Assembly (NCBI GenBank): GCA_964016885.1
Contig: OZ024742.1
Coordinates: 284,208,001 to 284,272,000 of the forward strand
Direction of reading: 5' to 3'
Source of the DNA: Eledone cirrhosa
Lineage: Eukaryota
DNA: 64,000 nt
Below are positions 1 through 10,550 of the stretch, in pieces. Position numbers and translations under genes: made by a program. Each line of letters opens with the position of its first letter. Position 1 is the first letter of the stretch. The notes below the pieces were generated by a model. That model made no database searches. It had not been told where the DNA came from and saw only the letters and a list, made by a program, of their open reading frames with translations.

Positions 1-198
1 ATAATCCAGTTGTATAATGAGGCAGGTAGTTGGGCATAAATCTATTGCATGTATGTGTGAGAGTGTATGTTGATGTAAATCTATGTGAATGTGCTGTGTT
101 TTAATAGTATCTGTGTGTGCATGTGTGTGTGTATATATATATATGTGTGTGTGTGTGTGTATGTATATATATATCATCTAGAAATTGATTGACATATA

Positions 199-480
199 TC
201 ATCATCATCATCGTTTCACGTCCATGTTCCACGCTTGCATGGGTTTGGACGGGGGTTTTCCCACTTGAGGCAAGAGTGGTTGTCTTGCTCGCATAGAACT
301 GTCTGGCGGGTTTTCTACAGTTGGATGCCCTTCCTAACACCAACCACATTTACAGTGTGGGGCTGGGAGGTTTTTACCGTGTTGCCTACACGGCCACATT
401 ACAGCGTGGACTGTGTGTTTTTTGTCGTGACCCCTACACGATCTCATTTGTTTCGGCCTGGATGTTGTGGCACCAACATA
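199..480 (-). mobile_element. SINE fragment with RTE-type 3' tail ending in (GAT)n
   Basis: Reverse complement ends ...aacccatgcaagcgtggaacatggacgtgaaacgatgatgatg; contains the ggaagggcatccaactgtagaaa body motif seen in many other copies in the window. Confidence 0.75.
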
Positions 481-495
481 ACTTTACATTGAAGG

Positions 496-3480
496 GGGCA
501 GTCCAGTGACATTGTCTTGGAGAGGTGTAAGTGTGTGAGGTCGGAATTTATCAGCTCATCCCAGGTTTTTCTGGGTCTGCCTACTCCGTGGCTACCATCT
601 ATCTTTATTGCCCTGCACTTTGTTATACAGCTGTCGTCTTTCATGCGCATCACGTGACCATACCAACGTAGCCTTCTCTCGAGTAAACAACATCTGATCC
701 CTCTTATTTCTAATTTTTTCCTTAGTTCGTTTATGCTTTGCTGTTCACGTATATTACTATTACACATCCAGTGGAGCATGCAAGCTTCGTTCCTCTCTAG
801 TCTGCGTATATCCTCTGCACACAATGCCCAGGTCTCACTGCCATGCAACATTGCTGTTCATATGCAGGCATCATACAACCTGCCTTTCATTTTTAGGGAG
901 AACCCTTTAGCGGCTAATAGTGGTATAAGCTCTCTGAACTTTTTCCATCCAGTTCTGACTCTAGCTACTGTACTTTCAGAGCACCCTCCCCCACTGCTGA
1001 TTTTGTCACCCAGGTAACGGAAGCTGTCGACTATTTCTATAGAACCCTCTGCGCAATTGAAAGAGCTAGTATTTTGTGGGCACTTGCTGCTACTTATTGC
1101 ACCAGAGCACCGGCCACATGTAAAATCTATGTTCTTAGTTAGCTTACCTGTGATCCCACTACATCTTTTATGCACCCATACTTTGCATTTGGGACATAAA
1201 ATGGAGTTTCTACCTACGCCTTTCCTACACACTGAGCATGGCCATTTCCCGGAAGGGACCGCCGCCTTATTTTCTTTCCTACAAACTAGAACTTTAGTCT
1301 TAGCCAGGTTAATTTTAAGGCCTTTTGATTCTAGGCCGTGCTTCCATGTTTGGAATTTCTTCTCTAGCTCGGTCATTGATTCAGCTATGAGCGTTAGATC
1401 ATCTGCGTATAGGAGTTCCCATGGGCAGCCGGTCTTGAACTCCTCTGTTATAGCCTGAAGGGCAATAATAAATAGTAGGGGGCTAAGAACAGAGCCCTGA
1501 TGGACACCAACTTTTACGCTAAACTCTTCACTATATTCGTTGTTAATTCTAACCTTGCTGACTGTTTCTTTATACATGGCTTGTATAGCTCTCACAAGCC
1601 ATTCGTCAACACCTAGTTTTCTAAGAGCCCACCAGATAATGGAACGGGGGACTCTGTCGAAGGCTTTCTCCAAGTTAACAAAAGCTAAGTATAGGGGTTT
1701 ACTTTTAGCTAGGTACTTCTCCTGTAGTTGTCGTACAATGAAAAGAGCGTCTGTGGTACTTTTGCCTGACACAAACCCGAACTGCATTTCATCTAGATGA
1801 ATTCTCTCTCTGATTAGTTGCGCTATTACTTTTTCCGTGACCTTCATGACCTGGTCGATTAATTTAATGCCTCTATAGTTACTCCTATCTAGGGCATCTC
1901 CTTTACCCTTGTAACAGTTAATGATGATGCTGCTACGCCAGTCCTTCGGAACAACCCCATTCTGTATGACTTGGTTTACTATCCGGGTGACCATGGTGTG
2001 TCCCACCGTTCCAGAGGCTTTCAGCATCTCAGCAACTATTTCCGAAGGCCCAGCCGCCTTACCCGTCTTCATATCTTTGATTGCCTTACTTATTATACTA
2101 CCTTCGACTAACACTGCTGGTCCCTCTATTGGGTCGATGTGGGGGAGACTGTCTTTCTCCCATTTATTCTCCTCATTTAGAAGCCTTTCATAGTGACACT
2201 TCCAAGCTACCTTCTTATCAGCGTCAGTGATGGCAAGTATGCCATCATCATTAAGTACACACTTCTCCCCGACAATATCACGGTTTTCCTTGACACATTG
2301 CCTAGCAATCCTGAACACCTCACGTTTTTGGTCCTCGCGTTGTAGAACATGCTTGAACTTTCTTTCCTCTGCTTCCCTTCTTGCGAAGTACACTTGTCTC
2401 CTAGCTTCCCTCTTGGCCACTTGGTAGTCTTCTCTACTTCCCCCATCCCGCCATACTTTCCAAGCCTGCTTTTTGGCCTTAATTGACTCCTCCACCTTAC
2501 TGTTCCACCACCATGTTACTCTCCTCCTACCTACAGGCCTGCTCCAGCCACAGACTTCATCTGCCGCCGTCAGCAGGTTCGCTTTCAGGAATTCCCACTG
2601 TTCCTCTATATTATACGACTCTAATTGCTCTTCCTTACTGTCGAAAGCATCAAGTAATATGCTTTGAAATTTATTTCTGGCTGTGGGGTCCTTTAGCTTC
2701 CATATTTTTCTCCTGAGGATAGTCCTCTTCTGCTGTCTAGTACGTCTCGTCCTGACTATGAGGTCGCTAATTATCAGTCTATGTTGGGAGGTGCATTCTT
2801 CATGGGGGAGGGATTTAGTGTTAACAACAGACACTCTGTTACGTCTTCTGGTAAGGATATAATCTACCTGGCTTGTGTGTTCCCCCGATCTATAGGTGAT
2901 CAAGTGATTGTCTCGTTTTTTGAAGTTAGTGTTACAGATAGTTAGGTTATTTGCGTCACAGAATTCCAGGATTCTGGAGCCTTCCTCATTTCTAGTACCG
3001 AACCCATAGCCTCCATGGATTCCGTCATAGCCGTCACAATGTTGTCCAACGTGACCATTTAGGTCGCCTGCAATAATTATATAGTCACTGTCGGTTATTT
3101 GGGAGGTAGTGAGTATCAGTGTCTCATAGAATCTGTCTTTTATAGCGCCGGGCAGTCCGGATTGGGGTGCGTACGCAGATATTATTGTCACCGTAGTTCT
3201 ATTGAGGACAAGTCTTATTTTAATTATTCTGTCGTTCACTCTATTTACGTCTATTATCTTATCTGCCCACTTTTCTGCTAGCATGATTCCTACTCCACCC
3301 AGCCTATTGTCATTTCCCACCCAGAAAAGTTTATAGTATCGTTCTTTACCCACGATGAATCTAGCAGACCCTCCCCTCCACCTGGTCTCTTGAATACAAC
3401 AAACATCGACCTCCTTACGTTCAAGCATTTCTACAACCTCGTTAGAGCAACCCTTTAAGGTGCCTACATTCATGGTACTA
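496..3480 (-). mobile_element. Near-full-length RTE-clade LINE (APE endonuclease + reverse transcriptase + PHD-like insert); one in-frame stop and a D->N change in RT
   Basis: ORF 858..3542 has APE motifs (NVGTL, IQETRW, AYAPQ, GDLNGH, DYIL, SQHR) and RT motifs (QFGF, QGSVLSP, YADD, YLG). ORF 444..851 continues in the same frame after TGA at 858-860 (RLRWYGHVMR, GRPRKTW). FVDLEK motif reads FVNLEK (1674-1676). Region 3481-3542 is AT-rich flank. Confidence 0.95.
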
Positions 3481-3642
3481 TATATAATATATATATATTT
3501 AAAATAAACACATGAAACAATCACAGGGGATAATTTGTACATATTCTACAGTGGATATAGCGCATGTCTCAGACATGACTCCTTTAATTTAATTTAATTA
3601 AATCTATTTTGGATATATGGATATATATATATATATTTTAGG

Positions 3643-4922
3643 AATTACAGGAAAAGTACCTAGCTAAAAGTAAGCCACTCTACTTGGCATTTGTCGACCT
3701 TGAGAAAGCCTTTGACAGAGTTCCACGTGCAGTAATCTGGTGGGCTCTTAGAAAACTAGGAGTAGATGAATGGCTTGTGAAAGCGGTACAAGCCATGTAT
3801 AGGGGAGCAGTCAGCAAAGTTAGGATTGGCAATGAGTATAGCGAGGAATTTAGCGTACAGGTTGGGGTCCACCAGGGCTCTGTTCTTAGCCCTCTCCTGT
3901 TCATCATAGTCCTGCAGGCAATAACGGAGGAGTTTAAGACCGGATGCCCATGGGAACTCCTGTATGCTGATGACCTCGCACTCATAGCTGAATCTATGGT
4001 AGAACTAGAGAATAAATTCCAAACCTGGAAGCAGGGACTAGAGAGAAAGGGCCTCAAAGTCAACATGACAAAGACTAAGGTCCTTATAAGTAGACGAGAA
4101 AACAGAACCCAGATCCCCTCAGGGAAATGGCCTTGCTCAGTATGTAGGAAAGGTGTAGGTAGGAACTCCATTCTTTGCCCCAAATGCAAACAATGGGTAC
4201 ACAAGAGATGTAGCGGGATCTCAGGAAGCTTAATTAAGAATGTAGGATTCACATGCAGCAGCTGTGCTGAAACAGCAAGCAAACAGCCACAGGAAACAAG
4301 TACCACCAATCTCTGGGAGGGCCCTGTAGAAACAGTAGACAGCTTCTGCTACCTAGGTGACCGAATTAGCAACGGAGGTGGGTGCTCAGAAAGTACAATA
4401 ACTAGGGTAAGAACGGGATGGAAGAAGTTTAGGGAACTACTACCACTGCTAGCTGCAAAAGGCTTCTCCCTCAGAATGAAAGGCAGACTGTATGATGCGT
4501 GTATCCGAACAGCGATGTTGCATGGTAGTGAGACCTGGGCGCTGAAGGTGGAAGACTTACGTAGATTAGAGAGAAACGAAGCCTGCATGCTCCGATGGAT
4601 GTGTAACAGTAATATACGTGAACGACAAAGCATAAATGAATTGAGAGAGAGACTGAGCATAAGAGGAATCAAATGCTGCGTGCAGGAGAGGCGGTTACGC
4701 TGGTATGGACATGTGATGCGTATGAAGGATGACAGCTGCATAAAAAGGTGCAGAGCACTAGAAGTTGATGGAAACCGCGGAGTGGGGAGACCCAAGATGA
4801 CTTGGGATGAGGTGATAAAAGCCGACCTTACCCAACTACACCTCTCAAAGTCAATGACACACGACCGTGACTTCTGGCGTCACGCAGTAATACAGGGTAC
4901 CCGACCTCCCATGGGTACATGC
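3643..4922 (+). mobile_element. 5'-truncated RTE LINE (RT C-terminal half, open frame), head-to-head with the preceding copy
   Basis: ORF 3684..4925: FVDLEKAFD, QGSVLSP, YADD, PHD-like Cys cluster, RLRWYGHV. Homology begins at LQEKYLAKSKPL (~3645). Confidence 0.95.
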
Positions 4923-4954
4923 TGAAGCATATAAACAATATCCCCCCCCCCCCA

Positions 4955-5226
4955 CCGCAAGGTGGTCGTGGAGGTGCCACGGCAAAAAAGCACCCAGCCC
5001 ACACTGTAAAGTGGACGTGTAGGCGCCACGAAAAAGCACCCAGCACTCACTGTAAATGAGGTTGGTGTTAGGAAGGGCATCCAGCTGTAGAAATCAAGCC
5101 AGATCAGTTCCTGTATGAGCAAGGCATGGTCAGCCGACCAGACACTGCCCACAACAGGACAACCCGTCTAACCCATGCTAGCGTGGAAGAACGGACGTAA
5201 AACGGTGATGATGATGATGATGATGA
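4955..5226 (+). mobile_element. Young RTE-tailed SINE-like element (twin at 42749-43023)
   Basis: Starts ccgcaaggtggtcg, has internal aaaaagcacccagc..cactgtaaa repeats, ends aacccatgctagcgtggaagaacggacgtaaaacgg(tga)n; appears identical to 42749-43023. Confidence 0.85.
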
Positions 5227-5479
5227 TATTTATATATACATACAACACACACAGAGCTGTATAAAAAGGTGTAGAGCGCTCAAAGTTGACGGTAGCCATG
5301 GAGTAGGCAGGTTTAGGAAGACTTGGGATGAGATAATAAGAGCTGACTTTGCTGAATTACACCTCACTAGGGTGATGACACAGGACCATGACCTCTGGTG
5401 CTATGAAGTATTACAGAAGAGCCGCCCTCTATTATTCTCAGGCTGAGGCATATTCCTAGTAGGCAACAACATTCCCTAC

Positions 5480-5535
<56 letters not shown>

Positions 5536-5544
5536 ATGTATATA

Positions 5545-5653
5545 ATTGTTTCTACATTTGGCACAAGGCCAGCAATTAACCAGTGTATTACTGGTACTTT
5601 ATTTTATCGACCCCGAAAGGATGAAAGGCAAAGTTAACCTCGGCGGGATTTGA
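5545..5653 (-). mobile_element. MetaSINE-like tRNA-derived SINE fragment
   Basis: Reverse complement carries caaatcccgccgaggttaactttgcctttcatcctttcggggtcgataaaataaaagtaccag, resembling the Meta core domain as I recall it. Confidence 0.7.
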
Positions 5654-7252
5654 TGTAAATAATTGTTTGTGGTGTTTTTAGATATGTGTATTTGTGTATG
5701 ACGATGATGCAAATATTTGTGTATGTATGTGTATAGCAATGTGGGGGCATACATATGTGTGTGTCTATGTTAATGTAAATCTATGGACATAGTTTGCTTT
5801 GAAATCATTAAGACCTGGGTTGAATCCCAGTGAGTGACATCTTGAGCAAGTGTCATTTACCATAGCCTCAAGACAACCCATGCCTTGTGAGTGAAATTAA
5901 GTCCACAGAAATTGTTTCAAAGCCTGTTGGTTGAACTGTATCTGTACTTCAAAGGGCCAGCCATGTTACAAACAATGTCACACTGAATCATCATCATCGT
6001 TTAACGGCCATTTTCCATGCTAGGATGGGTTAGACGGGTTTGTCCCATTACAGGCAAGTTGTGTTGTGACAGTGTCTTGCTCATATAGGACTGTTTCTGA
6101 CTAGATTTCTACGGCTGGATGCCCTTCCTAACGCCAACCACGTTTACAGTGTGGGCTGGGTGCTTTTAGTTGCGACACTTACACGACCACTTTACAATGT
6201 GGCTGGGTGCTTTTTGTCGTGACACCTACACAACCACCTTAAACTGTGGACAGTGCTTTTTGTTGTGACACCTACACAACCACTTTACAGTGGCTGGAAT
6301 ATTCCTGAGAATTACAGTATGTGTACACATATCTGTAGAATGCTCAGCACTTACATGTTAATTTCTTGAGCAGGCTGTTCCATTGATAAAAAAACTAAAA
6401 CACTCGTCATTGAAACTAATAGAGATCCATTCCAATGTTAATTTGTATGTGAATGTGTGATATTTTAAATTGTGCGTATATGCATGTTTGCGACATAGAT
6501 ATGCTTATGCGTGTATGTGTATAGCTATGTAGGTGAAAAAAGTGTGTGTGTATAGTGATGAAAGTTTGTATGGGGGTCTGTATTGTTTTAAGAATTGGGT
6601 GATAGATTTAATCCGTCACAAGGTTTACTATGACCACCTGGTCCTTTGGTGCCCTTAGTAGAGTCCATTCTGTTGGAAGCATTCGAGCTGAGTCTCAAGT
6701 TTAAAGATACCTTCCTCCCTCCCTCTCATAGATATGAAAAGGGTTGGAAGCATTGCATTTCTGTCCCTAACTAACTAATATAATTTTTAAAAAGGCAAAT
6801 TGTAAGTAACTGTGAGTGAAGATATGAGGCCTAGAGGCTAGGATGTTAGTCTCACAATTATTAAATCATGGGTTTGATTTCTGGAGTGGTTCTGTGCACT
6901 ATATTATTCAACACAATGTTACTTTTCATGATAGGACTGGGACCCCCATCATTACAACACCCGAGAAATCTCCTATGAGATACAACCTATAAAGGGACCA
7001 ACTAAACCTTCATGGATGTGAGCTGTAACATTTACAAGTAATTGCTTATGTAAATATGTGTGTGTGTGTGTATGATAGTGTAGGCCTCAGTGTATAAGTA
7101 AAAGGAGAGAGAGGGAGAGAGAGAGAGACAAATGAGAAGATAAGGACAAAGATAAAGACATAAACTGAGTTTACGTTGACCTGCCATTTGAAACAAACAG
7201 AGATTTAAAAAATAGCACATTAAAAGATCAGGTCTCCCAGTACGAATAATAA

Positions 7253-7367
7253 GGAGAAATTTAATTGTCCCTATATTTCGTTCCTCTCCGACAGATAACT
7301 TTCCCCTCCGGAAAACCCACCAGTTGATGGATGTGAATCCGAAATATAGGGACAATTAAATCTCTCC
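7253..7367. repeat. 28-bp inverted repeat (1 mismatch) with 59-nt spacer
   Basis: ggagaaatttaattgtccctatatttcg (7253-7280) vs cgaaatatagggacaattaaatctctcc (7340-7367). Confidence 0.85.
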
Positions 7368-7589
7368 CAAGGTAACTCTACCTCGTGTTATTATTTTTAT
7401 TTTTTACGCTCTTTCCTACGTTCCTCTACACACTACACATCTCATTCTACACTCCCTTACATCTCTCTCTTCACCACCGGATTCTGTTACCTGGAGATTT
7501 ACCCATCTGCATTGTTGAAGCTTCCAAAACGACCAAAAAAAAATCTTATTATTCCACAATGCTTCAAGCAAACTTCAATACTCTCATAT

Positions 7590-7923
7590 ATCATCATTTC
7601 ATTTTTACGTCCCCTTTTTCCCTGCTTGCAAGGGTGGGACGGGAACTGATTTTGGCTTGGTTTCTACAGCTGGATGCCCTTCCTAACACCAACCTCATTT
7701 ACAGTGAGTGCTGGGTGCTTTTTTGCGTGGCACCTGCACGACCACTTTACAGTGGAATGATAGGGACCTCAGTCCCTATCATCTCATTTCTACAGCTGAG
7801 TAAACTGGAGCAATGTGAAATAAAGAGTCTTGCTGAAGGAAACAACACATCACCCAGTCTGAGAATTGAACTCACAACCTTTCGATTGCAAGGCCAATGC
7901 TCTAACCACTAAGCCATGTGCCT
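7590..7923 (-). mobile_element. Full-length tRNA-derived SINE with RTE 3' tail
   Basis: Reverse complement starts ggcacatggcttagtggttagagc (A box) ... gagttcaattc (B box) and ends in the RTE tail; near-identical to 53601-53905. Confidence 0.85.
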
Positions 7924-7970
7924 TCATATATATACATATATATATACATACATACATATATATATACATA

Positions 7971-8621
7971 CATGGTGGCTGCCAACTCGTTTTCGAGTAC
8001 GGCCACTACTTTATATCCATGTAGGAGAACCCCTACCGATGCGCTGAACGAGTGACTTTTTAGTCCAGCCAGCGACTTGAAAACTCTGGTACAAACACTA
8101 CACCTGTGACAATTATTGACACATAGTGCTGGGCCCATGGTACCATGTGACGACAAGTGCAGAGAGATCTCCAGATATAAAGCAATGCCTGTGCCGTGAA
8201 GCTTTTATAGTGAGCAAAGGCACTGCACAAAGCCAGTCCCACTCTCTTAACCAAGATGATATTTACCAAAAAGAAGAACAAGTCAACATCATTGGATACC
8301 ATCAGGGTTGCAGGTATTATATCAGAGTTTTCCTTCTCCTAGAATTCTGCCTTGACAAAGGCTAAGGGGTCATCTCTCCCGGTGATTTTGGATGGCCATT
8401 GACTCTTAATAGCTCCTTTGCCCTTTGACAGGTTTTGTTTTTAGTCCTGCAGGATGTCCAAAGTCACCCTCCTCACCAAGAAACCTTGGTGGGGTTGCCA
8501 GTTTAGTCGCCAACGACCCGACCATGAGACAGGTTGTACTGGGATACATGTTACCAGTAGCACCAACTGGTGACTTGACATATATACACATATATACACA
8601 TACATATATACATACATACAT

Positions 8622-8690
<69 letters not shown>

Positions 8691-8859
8691 CATATACATA
8701 CATACATACATACATACATATACACATACATACACACATATACATATATACACATACATACATACATATATATACATACACATACATATATACATATATA
8801 TATATACACATACATACATATATACATATATACACATACATACATATATACATATATAC

Positions 8860-8894
<35 letters not shown>

Positions 8895-9735
8895 TGGTGG
8901 CTGCCAACTCGTTTTCGAGTACGGCCACTACTTTATATTCATGTAGGAGAACCCCTACCGATGCGCTGAACGAGTGTGACTTTTTAGTCCAGCCAGCGAC
9001 TTGAAAACTCTGGTACAAACACTACACTTGTGACAATTATTGACACATAGTGCTTTGCCTTTGGTACCATGTGACGACAAGTGCAGAGAGATCTCCAGAT
9101 ATAAAGCAATGCCTGTGCCGTGAAGCTTTTATAGTGAGCAAAGGCACTGCACAAAGCCAGTCCCACTCTCTTAACCAAGATGATATTTACCAAAAAGAAG
9201 AACAAGTCAACATCATTGGATACCATCAGGGTTGCAGGTATTATATCAGAGTTTTCCTTCTCCTAGAATTCTGCCTTGACAAAGGCTAAGGGGTCATCTC
9301 TCCCGGTGATTTTGGATGGCCATTGACTCTTAATAGCTCCTTTGCCCTTTGACAGGTTTTGTTTTTAGTCCTGCAGGATGTCCAAAGTCACCCTCCTCAC
9401 CAAGAAACCTTGGTGGGGTTGCTAGTTTAGTCGCCAACGACCCGACCATGAAACAGGTTGTACTGGGATACATGTTACCAGTAGCACCAACTGGTGACTT
9501 GACATATATACACATATATACACATACATATATACATACATACATACACATATATATATATATATATATATACACATACATACATACATACATACATATA
9601 CATATACATACATACATACATATACACATACATACACACATATACATATATACACATACATACATACATATATATACATACACATACATATATACATATA
9701 TATATATACACATACATACATATATACATATATAC

Positions 9736-9767
<32 letters not shown>

Positions 9768-10449
9768 GGTGGCTGCCAACTCGTTTTCGAGTACGGCCAC
9801 TACTTTATATTCATGTAGGAGAACCCCTACCGATGCGCTGAACGAGTGTGACTTTTTAGTCCAGCCAGCGACTTGAAAACTCTGGTACAAACACTACACT
9901 TGTGACAATTATTGACACATAGTGCTTTGCCTTTGGTACCATGTGACGACAAGTGCAGAGAGATCTCCAGATATAAAGCAATGCCTGTGCCGTGAAGCTT
10001 TTATAGTGAGCAAAGGCACTGCACAAAGCCAGTCCCACTCTCTTAACCAAGATGATATTTATCAAAAAGAAGAACAAGTCAACATCATTGGATACCATCA
10101 GGGTTGCAGGTGTTATATCAGAGTTTTCTTTCTCCTAGAATTCTGCCTTGACAAAGGCTAAGGGGTCATCTCTCCCAGTGATTTTGGATGGCCATTGACT
10201 CTTAAGAGCTCCTTTGCCCTTTGACAGGTTTTGTTTTTAGTCCTGCAGGATGTCCAAAGTCACCCTCCTCACCAAGAAACCTTGGTGGGGTTGCCAGTTT
10301 AGTCGCCAACGACCCGACCATGAAACAGGTTGTACTGGGATACATGTTACCAGTAGCACCAAGTGGTGACCTGACATACACATATATATACATACACATA
10401 TATATATACACACACACACACATATATACACACATATATATACACACAT

Positions 10450-10482
<33 letters not shown>
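7971..10482 (-). repeat. Three tandem ~610-bp units (internally deleted RTE derivative), each followed by a (TACA/TA)n tract
   Basis: Units at about 7971-8580, 8895-9503 and 9767-10375 are near-identical. Minus strand encodes [17 protein letters not shown] (C2H2-like RTE C-terminus) and carries the ctaggagaaggaaaactctga motif that resembles RTE 5' UTRs. Confidence 0.85.
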
Positions 10483-10488
<6 letters not shown>

Positions 10489-10550
10489 CATTGTTTAATA
10501 TCCACTTTCCTTGCTAACTAGGGTTGGGTATAAATAAATATGAATATATA

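Noticed and set aside
1057-3281. Plus-strand ORFs antisense to the RTE
   Set aside because: Shadow ORFs on the opposite strand of the LINE coding sequence.
8400-8580. HDV-like ribozyme in the 5' part of the triplicated unit
   Set aside because: Partial P2/P3/P4-like pairings and C-TAA are visible, but I could not find a valid P1/P1.1, so it is not called.
8406-10517. Long Y/I/H/T and M/Y/V/C-rich ORFs
   Set aside because: Translations of (TACA)n/(TA)n microsatellites.
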